Assembly: GCA_963666285.1 (NCBI GenBank)
Contig: OY762711.1
DNA length: 64,000 nucleotides
Strand: one strand, 5' to 3'
Source: Sedimentisphaerales bacterium
Lineage (GTDB): Bacteria; Planctomycetota; Phycisphaerae; Sedimentisphaerales; SM23-30
Positions within the stretch are counted from its first letter, which is position 1. Every line of letters starts with the position of its first letter. Below, piece by piece: positions 41,457 to 50,897 of the stretch. A program made the translations under genes and the position numbers. The notes under the pieces are model-generated. The model searched no databases, was not told where the DNA came from, and saw only the letters and a program-made list of their open reading frames with translations.

Positions 41457-42275
41457 CTATTTCTTGTCTTCTACAATTTTAGAGATCTGCTCTGGTGTCA
41501 TAGACTTGATCACACTGTCCGGGATACCCAGTTCTCTGGCCTTATCAGCTATATTCGAACGATTATGCAAAAATGACATCAGCTCCGGACCGGACATATT
41601 TGAGATTGTTTTATCTACCGGACCGCCTGTCCTTAGCTCCTGGCCGTTAGTAACTGGCGAATCATGCTTGGGAAATATTACCGCACTTCGCGGGCATATC
41701 TTCGCACATGCCGGACAATATGGCTTGCATTTGGACGGTTTATTGACCGTCAATGTACTATCAAATTTATACACACCGAACAGGCAGAAATTCTCACACT
41801 GACGGCAGTTAGTACATAATTCACGGTCTATCACAGGAAACCAGGCTAGATTAGCCGGGGTATAATCAAGGGCAAAGTTATGATACTCAGCCCCTCCTGA
41901 TTCATTAATTATCGCTTTTACCTGGGCTATAATTACCGCTTGTGAAATATTGCGATAATTCACAAACTTCTTTATCCATTCCTCTTTAATGTCTAAACCT
42001 GCAAAATTCAAAAGGTTTACATTTGCTCTTCTGGAGCATGCGCTGATTAAAAATATACTGTCCCCCAAAACAAGCTCTTGACATAATCTTTCTTTTTCCT
42101 TTGCTGCCCAATGACATAAATCGGTAACAATATGGAATCTCAATGTGGACGATTCCGCAGAAACAGCATTTTTAGATATCTTTAAAATCTCTTCGTAGAG
42201 CAGATTGTTTTCTGTTTCGTCCAGCTCCTGCCCGCCGCTGCAGCGACAATATAGAATATCTGTATATTTATTCAT
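41457..42275 (-). CDS. 4Fe-4S dicluster ferredoxin-domain protein with Cys-rich N-terminal domain
   Basis: YCRC, DLC, AC..RA; WFPVID..CTNCRQCENFCLFGVY; CKPYCPACAKICP. Confidence 0.85.
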   Translation of the reverse strand: MNKYTDILYCRCSGGQELDETENNLLYEEILKISKNAVSAESSTLRFHIVTDLCHWAAKEKERLCQELVLGDSIFLISACSRRANVNLLNFAGLDIKEEWIKKFVNYRNISQAVIIAQVKAIINESGGAEYHNFALDYTPANLAWFPVIDRELCTNCRQCENFCLFGVYKFDSTLTVNKPSKCKPYCPACAKICPRSAVIFPKHDSPVTNGQELRTGGPVDKTISNMSGPELMSFLHNRSNIADKARELGIPDSVIKSMTPEQISKIVEDKK

Positions 42276-42509
42276 CTTAACTTTCGCAGTTTTCAGGCTG
42301 CAATAATCGCCTTAATGGGTCCTACTGCAACATTTATATTTTGAACAAAGCGTGAAACACAATGTTAAACAAAGCGAAATCCCGATGAACATCGGGAAAC
42401 ACCTTAATTTTCACTTACTATCCACTTAATTGGCCCTGTACTAGCCTTTTCGTATAATTTTGAACAGTCAAAAGTGCTCCATGTATATGATGCGAAGCAT
42501 AAACCGCAC
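42276..42509. mobile_element. Repeat family B, copy 7
   Basis: Flanked by TTCAT on both sides. The duplicated 5-mer contains the ferredoxin gene's start codon. Confidence 0.88.
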
Positions 42510-43058
42510 TTCATGCCAATGGATTTTAGCAAATCCTGTCAAAAAAGCAAATAGTTAGCAAAAAACAATATAATACAATTACATATCATCAAAAGTCAAT
42601 TCTCCAGCAAAACATAAGAACACTCCTCAAAAATCAACTCGTATTACGGCACCAAACTTCTATTAATCTGACTCCCTGGATAAATATAAATGATACTCCA
42701 TTTGTAATAATAACCTGAACTCTGACATTAATTCATGTAAGCCAAACTACAAAACCCATAATTCATTGCTCTTTTAACTCTACTATCAACATGCCAAACA
42801 ATGGACACTGGCTACGAAAGACAATCCTAAACATAAATGACAAAATCCCTGAAATTACCTCGGTTATTACCCGGTTATTATTTCAAATCACCTCTGATAG
42901 ATACTATAAAATACTATGTTATACCCTGGCACACTATCGAATAAAATTAATTATGACACGTATTATATGGCTCGATAAACTCAATGACATAAGCGATAGA
43001 CTACTATCATATTTTCTTGCAGGAAGATCAACCATTGTTTTATAGAAGGAATGCTAAC

Positions 43059-43580
43059 ATGAAAACTCTCAACGAACCGGAAAATACGACATCTGAAAAT
43101 GTAAACCATACAGATGAAAAATATCTTACGTTTACTTTATCAAATGAAGAATTTGGACTTGAAATCCTTAAGGTTAAGGAAATTATTGGATGCATCGATA
43201 TCGTCCCGCTCCCTAAAACACCAAAACATATTAAAGGAGTAATCGACCTGAGACACAAGATCATTCCCGTAATTGATCTAAAAACAAAATTCGGCATGGG
43301 CGAAGTTAATAATACTGTACATACAAGTATTATTTTTGTGGAGACTGGACAAGGTGACGCAAAATACAGTACTGGTATTCTCGTTGACAAAGTTAACGAG
43401 GTAATTGATATTCAACAAGACGATATCGAAAATGTACCAGAACTTGGTGCCGGAATTGATACGGATTTTATCCTTGGCATAGGAAAGATAAATAATAGTT
43501 TTAAAATCATTTTAGATATCGACAAAATACTATTCACAGACCGACATGTTTGTGAAAAAAGTAATGTAGAATTATTGTAA
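43059..43580 (+). CDS. cheW: Chemotaxis adaptor CheW
   Basis: KYLTFTL..EEFGLEILKVKEII, GVIDLR..IIPVIDL, GILVDKV; AGAAGGA RBS before ATG 43059. Confidence 0.93.
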   Translation: MKTLNEPENTTSENVNHTDEKYLTFTLSNEEFGLEILKVKEIIGCIDIVPLPKTPKHIKGVIDLRHKIIPVIDLKTKFGMGEVNNTVHTSIIFVETGQGDAKYSTGILVDKVNEVIDIQQDDIENVPELGAGIDTDFILGIGKINNSFKIILDIDKILFTDRHVCEKSNVELL

Positions 43581-43635
43581 TTATTGTTCTGAAATTTAAT
43601 AATACAAATCAAATCAAAGTAAAAGGGTTAAGAAA

Positions 43636-45573
43636 ATGTTAAACAGATTTAAATTAAGTGTTAAGTTGTATGGTGGATTCATTTTTATATTGTTACTTAT
43701 GTGTACTATTGCACTATTAGGCTATTCAGGCCTCAAGGAAACCACCAAAGCTATTGGCGATATATGTTACCAGTTAGACATTGCAAAAGAAGTAAATACG
43801 GTACTAACTGACGCTCAGGACTCACAGACTAGCAACCTGAGATACGCTCTTTCCGGCGATTCCAAATTTATTCAATTACAAAATACAGAGATAGAAAATG
43901 TCAAACAACATACTACAGAAGCAAAGAAAATGATGTGTTCGGATGAAAATAAGGCTAAAGCTGACCACCTGTTAAATGAAATGAATAAATATTCTGACAG
44001 TTCAAAAAAATACTACAGCATCGCAGATGAAAAAATTGCTTCAGGCAAGATAAGAAACAGCGAAGCGGAAACATTGTCATATAACATTATCGAAGTTGTT
44101 GAAGCTGCTCAAAAATATGCTCTTGAAACTTCTAAAGATGGTACCCTCGACCAGGCTGCCGCCGAAAGAGCTTTCTTCGCTCAAAAATGCCTGGATTCCG
44201 CTAATAAAATCTTTCTCTACGCACAATATTATCAACTGGCTTCCAGCCCGGACCAACAGGACAAAATTGCCGGACAGTGGATGGAACATATCGAGACAAC
44301 ACAAGAAATGCTCGGCAAAGCAATGGAAATTATGAAACTGGAAACAACCAGGCAATGCATTAGCGAGGCTTTAGCATCATTAAAGAGTTACGAAGAACAG
44401 GTAATGGCTTTTAGAAAATTCAACCTCGCTCAGCGTGCAGAAGTTGAAACATTAGACTCTATCACAGACAACGTGATGGCTAACTCAAGAGAAATACGAG
44501 ACGGTGTATACTCCTTCATCACCGATCTTAGAGAAACTACTGACAAAGCATTTGCTTTTATCAACAGCCTGATTATCATAGTATCACTTTCGGCTATCGC
44601 TCTTGGTCTGGCTACTGCATTTGTACTGACTCGAAACATCGTGAAACCTATCAACAGGATTATTGCCAGCCTTACTGCTGGGTCTAATGAAGTAACATCT
44701 GCTTCTTCACAGGTATCAAGTACCGCACAATCTCTTGCTAAGGGAGCTTCCGAACAGGCCGCCGGACTGGAAGAATCGTCAGCCAGTCTCAATCAAATGA
44801 CTTCAATGACCAAAAACAGTGCCGACGATGCCCAGCAGGCTAAAATACTGTCAAGTGACGCGAGTAAATCTGCCGGTGATGGTATTCTTGCCATGGAAAA
44901 AATGAACACTGCCATACGTGACATACAAAAATCCAGCGATGAAACTGCTAAAATTATTAAAGTTATCGATGAAATTGCGTTCCAGACAAACCTGCTTGCA
45001 CTGAACGCCGCGGTAGAAGCTGCAAGAGCCGGAGAAGCCGGAAAAGGATTTGCGGTTGTTGCAGAAGAAGTACGCAACCTGGCTATGAGATCGGCAGAAG
45101 CTGCAAAGGACACATCCGTAATGATCGAAGAATCCGTTAAAAATGCTAATAACGGTGTCGAAATTGCCGGGGAAGTCGGTAATGCCCTTGACCAGATTGT
45201 TAACAGTATAGAAAAGACTACCACTCTCGTTGATAATATCGCTTTGGCCAGCCAGGAACAGTCACAAGGTATCGAACAGGTTAATATCGCGATATCACAG
45301 ATGGATACTGTCACGCAAAGCAATTCGGCAAGTGCAGAAGAAGCGGCAAGTGCAGCTGAAGAACTCAGTTCGCAGGCTTGCCAGTTAAATCTTATCGTTA
45401 AAGAGTTATCCGGCATAATTGATGGTAATAACAAGACCATTAATAACAGCAGCGATCTGTACGAATCTGACATCCCTTTCCATGAAATAGCATATGGTGC
45501 CAACAAAAATAAATATAATAAGGAAACTTCCTATCAGCAGGAGAGTAACTGCTTTGCAGACTTTAACAACTAA
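43636..45573 (+). CDS. Methyl-accepting chemotaxis protein
   Basis: Two TM helices and [40 protein letters not shown]. Confidence 0.96.
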   Translation: MLNRFKLSVKLYGGFIFILLLMCTIALLGYSGLKETTKAIGDICYQLDIAKEVNTVLTDAQDSQTSNLRYALSGDSKFIQLQNTEIENVKQHTTEAKKMMCSDENKAKADHLLNEMNKYSDSSKKYYSIADEKIASGKIRNSEAETLSYNIIEVVEAAQKYALETSKDGTLDQAAAERAFFAQKCLDSANKIFLYAQYYQLASSPDQQDKIAGQWMEHIETTQEMLGKAMEIMKLETTRQCISEALASLKSYEEQVMAFRKFNLAQRAEVETLDSITDNVMANSREIRDGVYSFITDLRETTDKAFAFINSLIIIVSLSAIALGLATAFVLTRNIVKPINRIIASLTAGSNEVTSASSQVSSTAQSLAKGASEQAAGLEESSASLNQMTSMTKNSADDAQQAKILSSDASKSAGDGILAMEKMNTAIRDIQKSSDETAKIIKVIDEIAFQTNLLALNAAVEAARAGEAGKGFAVVAEEVRNLAMRSAEAAKDTSVMIEESVKNANNGVEIAGEVGNALDQIVNSIEKTTTLVDNIALASQEQSQGIEQVNIAISQMDTVTQSNSASAEEAASAAEELSSQACQLNLIVKELSGIIDGNNKTINNSSDLYESDIPFHEIAYGANKNKYNKETSYQQESNCFADFNN

Positions 45574-45600
45574 TTCACCCCTATAATTATTTTTTCGATG

Positions 45601-45641
45601 GAGCCTACGATAGTACCTACAAACTATCTAGGCTTCTTTTT
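45601..45641 (+). terminator. Probable terminator of the MCP gene
   Basis: GAGCCTA..GATAGT-loop-ACTATC-TAGGCTT followed by a T tract. Confidence 0.55.
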
Positions 45642-45951
45642 ATCATAATATTTACCAAAATCCGCTCGCAGATTTACACTCGTGTTGCACTCGGATTGCA
45701 AGTAACTGATGCACGCCTCGAATATACAAAAATGACTTAGCTAAAATACTGTCAACTAAACCAATTTGTACTGTTTCATAGAAACTAATAATTACTTGAA
45801 ATGAATTTATATTTTTTTTAATATTAGCAGTCGTTAGGTGACAGAAATTAATTACCAGTATATTAAATGTATGATGCCTCTATTGATAGCCGTCTATCTG
45901 ACATTATTTTTTTGGCTTATCACCTGGCACATAAAACTACATATATTAAAA

Positions 45952-46128
45952 ATTAACTTTCGCAGTTTTTATGTTGTTAAAATCGCCTAAATGGGCTTCC
46001 TTGTAACACTCTGAATTAAATATACTTCCGGGAATTAGCTTGGAAATACAATTAAATGTAAGGTTTTCACAAGGTCCTGTTCCGGACTTTGCGTGCAATT
46101 TTGATCAGTCAAAAGTGCGATATCGCAC
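45952..46128. mobile_element. Repeat family B, copy 8 (diverged)
   Basis: Both ends recognisable; right end AAAAGTGCGATATCGCAC. Confidence 0.8.
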
Positions 46129-46380
46129 TTAAAAGACATTCAAAATATTATATAAAACATAACCTGCAGGCCAAAATCATTTACTGTTATATGAGTTTCA
46201 TTGCCCGCAGCTCTAAATATAATTTCTGAGGAAACACAATCAAATTCTATACCTGTAATTGAAATTATAATACAAGCAAAGATTTTTACAGACACATGCC
46301 TGTAAACTGAAAACATTACTAATAACATTGACTCAAAAAAATTATGTCTATTTTAACGTTCACTGCCAGAGAGGATAATT

Positions 46381-47019
46381 TTGAAGATGGGAAACGAATG
46401 TGTTGTTTGTATAGTTGATGATGATGAACATATTTGCAACATCCTGGAATTACTCCTCGAAAGCGTTGGAAAAAAGGTTAAAACTTTTACTTCACCTCTG
46501 GATTTCCTCGATTTCTGTAGTTCAAACTGCATCGGATGCGCTGTTATTGATATTCGTATGCCGGAAATCAGCGGACTGCAACTTTTACAGAAGCTTACTG
46601 ATGGCAAATACAGCTTCCCGGTGATTATGATTTCCGGACACGCTGATGTAAGTTGCGCTACAAATGCATTCAAAAATGGTGCGGTCGATTTTTTTGAAAA
46701 GCCTTTCAGTAACCAATTGATTCTTGATAGCATTGACGCTGCACTAAAATTGCAGCAGAAAAAAAATATACAAACCAGGGAGCTACTCGATATAAATAAC
46801 AGGATCAACTCCTTAACTAAAAGAGAATTTCAGATTATGGAACTTATACTCGAATCCAAATCTAACCGGCTAATTGCACAATCATTAAATATCAGCAGCA
46901 AAACTGTAGATTTTCACCGCACTAATATTTTGGAAAAACTTGGTGTTAACTCCTCAATACAATTAACAAAAGTTGTCACAAAAGCTAAATATCTCGGCAA
47001 CTCAACCATTTACCAATAA
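46381..47019 (+). CDS. FixJ/LuxR family response regulator
   Basis: IVDDD, DIRMP, ISGHAD, EKPF, LTKRE..ISSKTVDFHR. Confidence 0.92.
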   Translation: MKMGNECVVCIVDDDEHICNILELLLESVGKKVKTFTSPLDFLDFCSSNCIGCAVIDIRMPEISGLQLLQKLTDGKYSFPVIMISGHADVSCATNAFKNGAVDFFEKPFSNQLILDSIDAALKLQQKKNIQTRELLDINNRINSLTKREFQIMELILESKSNRLIAQSLNISSKTVDFHRTNILEKLGVNSSIQLTKVVTKAKYLGNSTIYQ

Positions 47020-47218
47020 CACCTTTATAAAAAACAGTTAATTGACATTAATTTTACAGCTTTCATCTAAGGTTATAATTAATTTGCATGAATTTCCGTT
47101 TTACACCTGAGTTTTACAGTAAAAAAATTACAACCACTTAAAGGTGTCGCAAATTTTATTTTCAATTGAAATTGCCTGACAATATAAGCAAATCAGAAAA
47201 TATATTCAGCAATAATGT

Positions 47219-48472
47219 TTAAAATGCTATCTGCGATCTAAGTGCTATTACGGTTGCATCAGAAGCTTCACTATCTCCTGCCGGATCTGCTATATACTGG
47301 ATCGCCGGGGTCACTTGCGCCCAGGGACATACAGTTATATTATAATATAGTTCGTATAAGGTCTCTTCTCCTTCCGGAAAAACATCATTGCCGGTCCCAT
47401 CTTCAACCGTATAATATCTGCTTAGGTTCCCCTGTGCCATACCTAAACCAAATGTATCATGATCCCTGCCTGGCACCAGCCCATGATATTGCAGACCAAT
47501 TGAGAAAAAGTTTTCAACCTCATTATATTCTTCCCCTGTTATGCCGTAACGAAAAAATGCGCCCAAACCCTGCTCTTTCTCTTCTTCTGTAATTAATGCC
47601 TGGTCAAAACTCAAATAATACCCGGTATTGCCGTTATGGGCCCTGCCGTTTTTTAAACTTGCTGCATCAGAAGTATCATGCCAGATACCAAATCGATACG
47701 ATCCGCCCAGACCATAAATCTCCGGATGATATCCTGCTTCAAAAACATAGACATAATAATCATCGCCGTCGAATGCCGTATCAAATCCTGTCTCACCCAT
47801 ATCTCCCTCGGCATCAGCAAATGATGCAGAAAATGATAATGTCTCACTCGGATTATAAAATAACTGGATTGCTAAACCATAATCTATCGGAATCTGGGGG
47901 TTGTTCACCAGGGCACTTGACAAAAACTGAATAGTTTCGTCATTTGCATATGCATTTGTATCAAAAGCTGCCGAGGTGTCCATCTTGCCAACCAGCAAAG
48001 TAAAACTCTCGCCAAAACCCTGGATCCAAAAGGCTTCGGAAAGCTCTATCGTATAATCTCCGCCCGCATCTCCATTAACCCCATAATAATCTCCGACCGA
48101 TTCGCCGCTTATTCCCTCGGCTTCCGGGCCGGAACCCTCGGCATGAATGGCAAAACCGGCCCCAGCAATGCCGATCATTTTTTCAAAATCCATCTCTACG
48201 CCAAGGTCATAACTCATGCTATACCTGCCGCTGTCATCCGAGGTACGCAGCCCGCCGTTTACATTCACCTGGTATATCTGGGTCAAATCACAAGAAAAAA
48301 CAATAGCTTCTTCATGTTTTATTCCGTACGGCCCAAACAAACAATGCCCGGCAAAATCACCAAACTCCTGGACTGCGCCACCTGTTAGAGAATGACGGTG
48401 AAATAAATCACTTTGTCCGATAACACTACTGGATAAAATCCCTAAAACTAATAACAGCTTTTTAATGGCCAT
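47219..48472 (-). CDS. Carbohydrate-selective porin, OprB family
   Basis: Signal peptide MAIKKLLL, YELYY...QVTPAIQYI.DP, terminal Phe. The track start at 48586 lies inside a MITE. Confidence 0.85.
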   Translation of the reverse strand: MAIKKLLLVLGILSSSVIGQSDLFHRHSLTGGAVQEFGDFAGHCLFGPYGIKHEEAIVFSCDLTQIYQVNVNGGLRTSDDSGRYSMSYDLGVEMDFEKMIGIAGAGFAIHAEGSGPEAEGISGESVGDYYGVNGDAGGDYTIELSEAFWIQGFGESFTLLVGKMDTSAAFDTNAYANDETIQFLSSALVNNPQIPIDYGLAIQLFYNPSETLSFSASFADAEGDMGETGFDTAFDGDDYYVYVFEAGYHPEIYGLGGSYRFGIWHDTSDAASLKNGRAHNGNTGYYLSFDQALITEEEKEQGLGAFFRYGITGEEYNEVENFFSIGLQYHGLVPGRDHDTFGLGMAQGNLSRYYTVEDGTGNDVFPEGEETLYELYYNITVCPWAQVTPAIQYIADPAGDSEASDATVIALRSQIAF

Positions 48473-48511
48473 ATTTCCTGCTAACCTTTCTATATAACAA
48501 TACAATCTTAA

Positions 48512-48672
48512 GGTGAACTCTGGAAATTGCTTTTGATGCGATAGTTTAAATTTCTGGTTGCTGACAAGGAACATAAAATCGTGCATATTGGGCTATATTC
48601 ACTGTTTTATGTGATGCATGCCGGCAGGCAAAAGAAAAACTTGCCGCTCAAAATAAGTTTTCAGAGGTTGCC
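48512..48672. mobile_element. MITE family A, 161 bp
   Basis: Same TIRs; flanks TTAA / CTAA. Confidence 0.9.
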
Positions 48673-48787
48673 CTAATCTTAACAAGAGTATAACTGCATT
48701 CTTTTATAATGATTTAAGGCAAGTACCAAATTATTAGTCAAGCCTAAAAATCTCTTATCACCAAATATAACAACTGCTAATATTATA

Positions 48788-48948
48788 AGTGACCTCTGGA
48801 AATTGCTTTTGATGCGATAGTTTAAGATTTTGGTTGCTGACAAGGAATATAAAATCGTGCATATTGGGCTATATTCACTGTTTTATATGACGCATGTCAG
48901 CAGGCAAAAGAATAACTAGTCGCTCAAAATGAATTTTCAGAGGTTGCC
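48788..48948. mobile_element. MITE family A, 161 bp
   Basis: Same TIRs (first G changed to A), with TATA duplicated. Confidence 0.9.
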
Positions 48949-49071
48949 TATAGTCATACTTCCTAAACAGTCCCAACCTGAACGTCTTATAACTATAAAA
49001 TGCCGACACCCATGTTTCATATAGTTTATCGCTAAATAAGCCATATAGTTTAATTAAATTCAAATGCATAT

Positions 49072-49175
49072 CCATAACAATTGAAAATGCCCGTTCAAGC
49101 CTGGCATAAACGAATACATCAATATTACTTACCTTACGAGCGATCCGACAAAAACATACACTCCTATGTATATAC
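49072..49175. repeat. About 100-bp dispersed repeat (family G)
   Basis: Aligns with 37204-37306. Confidence 0.75.
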
Positions 49176-49567
49176 CTTGATACCGGTTATGTAACCTTAT
49201 CTTTACCCGTTATGGGACTGTCACTGCCATTTTAAAAATTTTTCTCATTTTTTCTTAAACTCTCTTTTCTGGCATAACTAGCTTTCATAAAAAGTCTTAT
49301 AACCAAACATGTCACAATTCCAACTGCCTGGCCCTTTCTCACCTAAGCTTCTATCATTAAAAACTTTACATCTAAAATATCTGTTATAACCTATCCCAGC
49401 CTACTTACTAATACACTCGCTCTAATCGTTTTTGCTCTTGCTTGTAATACAAAAATAAAATTCGCCCTAACCGTCACAAAGTGAATTATCCTAATGTTCA
49501 GTTTGGTCGGCGTCGATAAGCGAGCATGAAAGACGAGTAAACCTAGATAATATAGGAAAGCTAAGTA

Positions 49568-50836
49568 ATGACAAAGGTGTTCAAAATGAATAATAAGAGA
49601 ACAGCACAAACTATTATTACTATAATGGCTGCAGTATATATTTTACTGTTGTGTGGCTGCGGCAATAAGTCCGCTCAGACAAGGCAGTATAAAATTGCTG
49701 CTCCACCTTCATCCATTGACAGAAATAATAATGGTAGATATATGCCTGCTAATAATAACGGGTATCAATTTGCTGCTTATACTGCCGATCAACAGAGCCA
49801 ACAAAAGGTTGTTAACGACCCTTCTGTTTATGGGACCTTGCTGCACGAGCAGCCAACTAATGAAATAGTCTCACGTGAATATCATGTTGGTTCAGGTGAC
49901 GTGCTGCTTATTAAAATTGACCAACTAATTGAGCCGGAAAAAGAATCTGTGCTCAAAGTTGAAATTGATCGTAATGGATTGATTTACCTGCCTATCCTTA
50001 ATCATGTCAGCGTCGGTGGTATGACTATTGACGAAATACACAAAACCTTGCTGACTACCTTGGCAACTCATTATATAAAGAATCCTAGAGTAGATATTTC
50101 AGTTGATGCGTATAACAGCAAAAAGGTGCTCGTTCTGGGCGAAGTCAAAAGACCGGGCTCTGTATCGTTAAAACACGACTCCGTTCCTGTTCTGGAAGCT
50201 ATAAATGAAGCCGGTGGCTTAACTTCCAACGTATCACCTTATGTCGAAATTATGCGCGGTGCCTACCAGGCCTTCAGTAATCTTGGCTCCTCTGGGTCCA
50301 GATCGCTGTATAACAACCAAAACAGTACTCAATATCAGCGAGAACTTATTCCTCTGGCCAGGTTGCTCGGTGAAGGCAATCGCGACCAGATCAATCCGCT
50401 GGTGTTCCCTGGCGATGTTATCCGCATACTTCCGATAACTGAAGGGTTTATCTATTTCTCCGGAGAATTTAACCGTACCGGTTCCAAGCCTTATCGCAGA
50501 CCTCTGACACTCATTCAAGCGTTATCGGTCGCTGGCGGTCCTACTAATATTTCTGCTCCTGAAAAATGCAAAATTTTACGCAGAAATAGTGACGGAACTG
50601 AAAGAGAAATCAACATAAATGTCGATAAAGTATTAAGCGGTGAAAATGAGAATATCATGCTGGCTTGTAATGATACTCTGATTATGCCGCACGATCCATG
50701 GAAAAAGTTCTGGAATGGCGTCTTTGGTCTGATTTCCGGTGGCGTAAGAGTGGGTGTTGACACTACCTACGATGCTGCTGAAGACATGGGATGGCCTGGA
50801 TCTGAAAGATATCAATACGAACAAGTTAGAGATTAA
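49568..50836 (+). CDS. Polysaccharide export lipoprotein (Wza-like, SLBB domains)
   Basis: Lipobox LLCGC, YHVGSGDVL, G.IYLP, VLGEVKRPG, AGG repeats. Confidence 0.88.
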   Translation: MTKVFKMNNKRTAQTIITIMAAVYILLLCGCGNKSAQTRQYKIAAPPSSIDRNNNGRYMPANNNGYQFAAYTADQQSQQKVVNDPSVYGTLLHEQPTNEIVSREYHVGSGDVLLIKIDQLIEPEKESVLKVEIDRNGLIYLPILNHVSVGGMTIDEIHKTLLTTLATHYIKNPRVDISVDAYNSKKVLVLGEVKRPGSVSLKHDSVPVLEAINEAGGLTSNVSPYVEIMRGAYQAFSNLGSSGSRSLYNNQNSTQYQRELIPLARLLGEGNRDQINPLVFPGDVIRILPITEGFIYFSGEFNRTGSKPYRRPLTLIQALSVAGGPTNISAPEKCKILRRNSDGTEREININVDKVLSGENENIMLACNDTLIMPHDPWKKFWNGVFGLISGGVRVGVDTTYDAAEDMGWPGSERYQYEQVRD

Positions 50837-50897
50837 AACTTAAACTAAACCCCAAAAAGAAGTAGCTAAATTTCTCAGTTGAGATCGAGGTTTTAAG

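Noticed and set aside
42926..42942. Sigma-54 promoter upstream of cheW (TGGCAC-ACTAT-CGAAT)
   Set aside because: The -24 box is present but the -12 TTGC is missing.
25803..46128. Family B as integron attC sites or group II intron remnants
   Set aside because: Several copies end in GTTAA and start with GTGCG on the minus strand, but there is no RYYYAAC R'' box, no integrase and no domain V. The 5-bp flanking duplications point to transposition.
48473..48586. N-terminal extensions of the porin (to 48586) and the methyltransferase (to 34230), and ORFs 48875..49075 and 25979..26305
   Set aside because: These frames run through MITE or family B sequence; better starts exist downstream for the two real genes.
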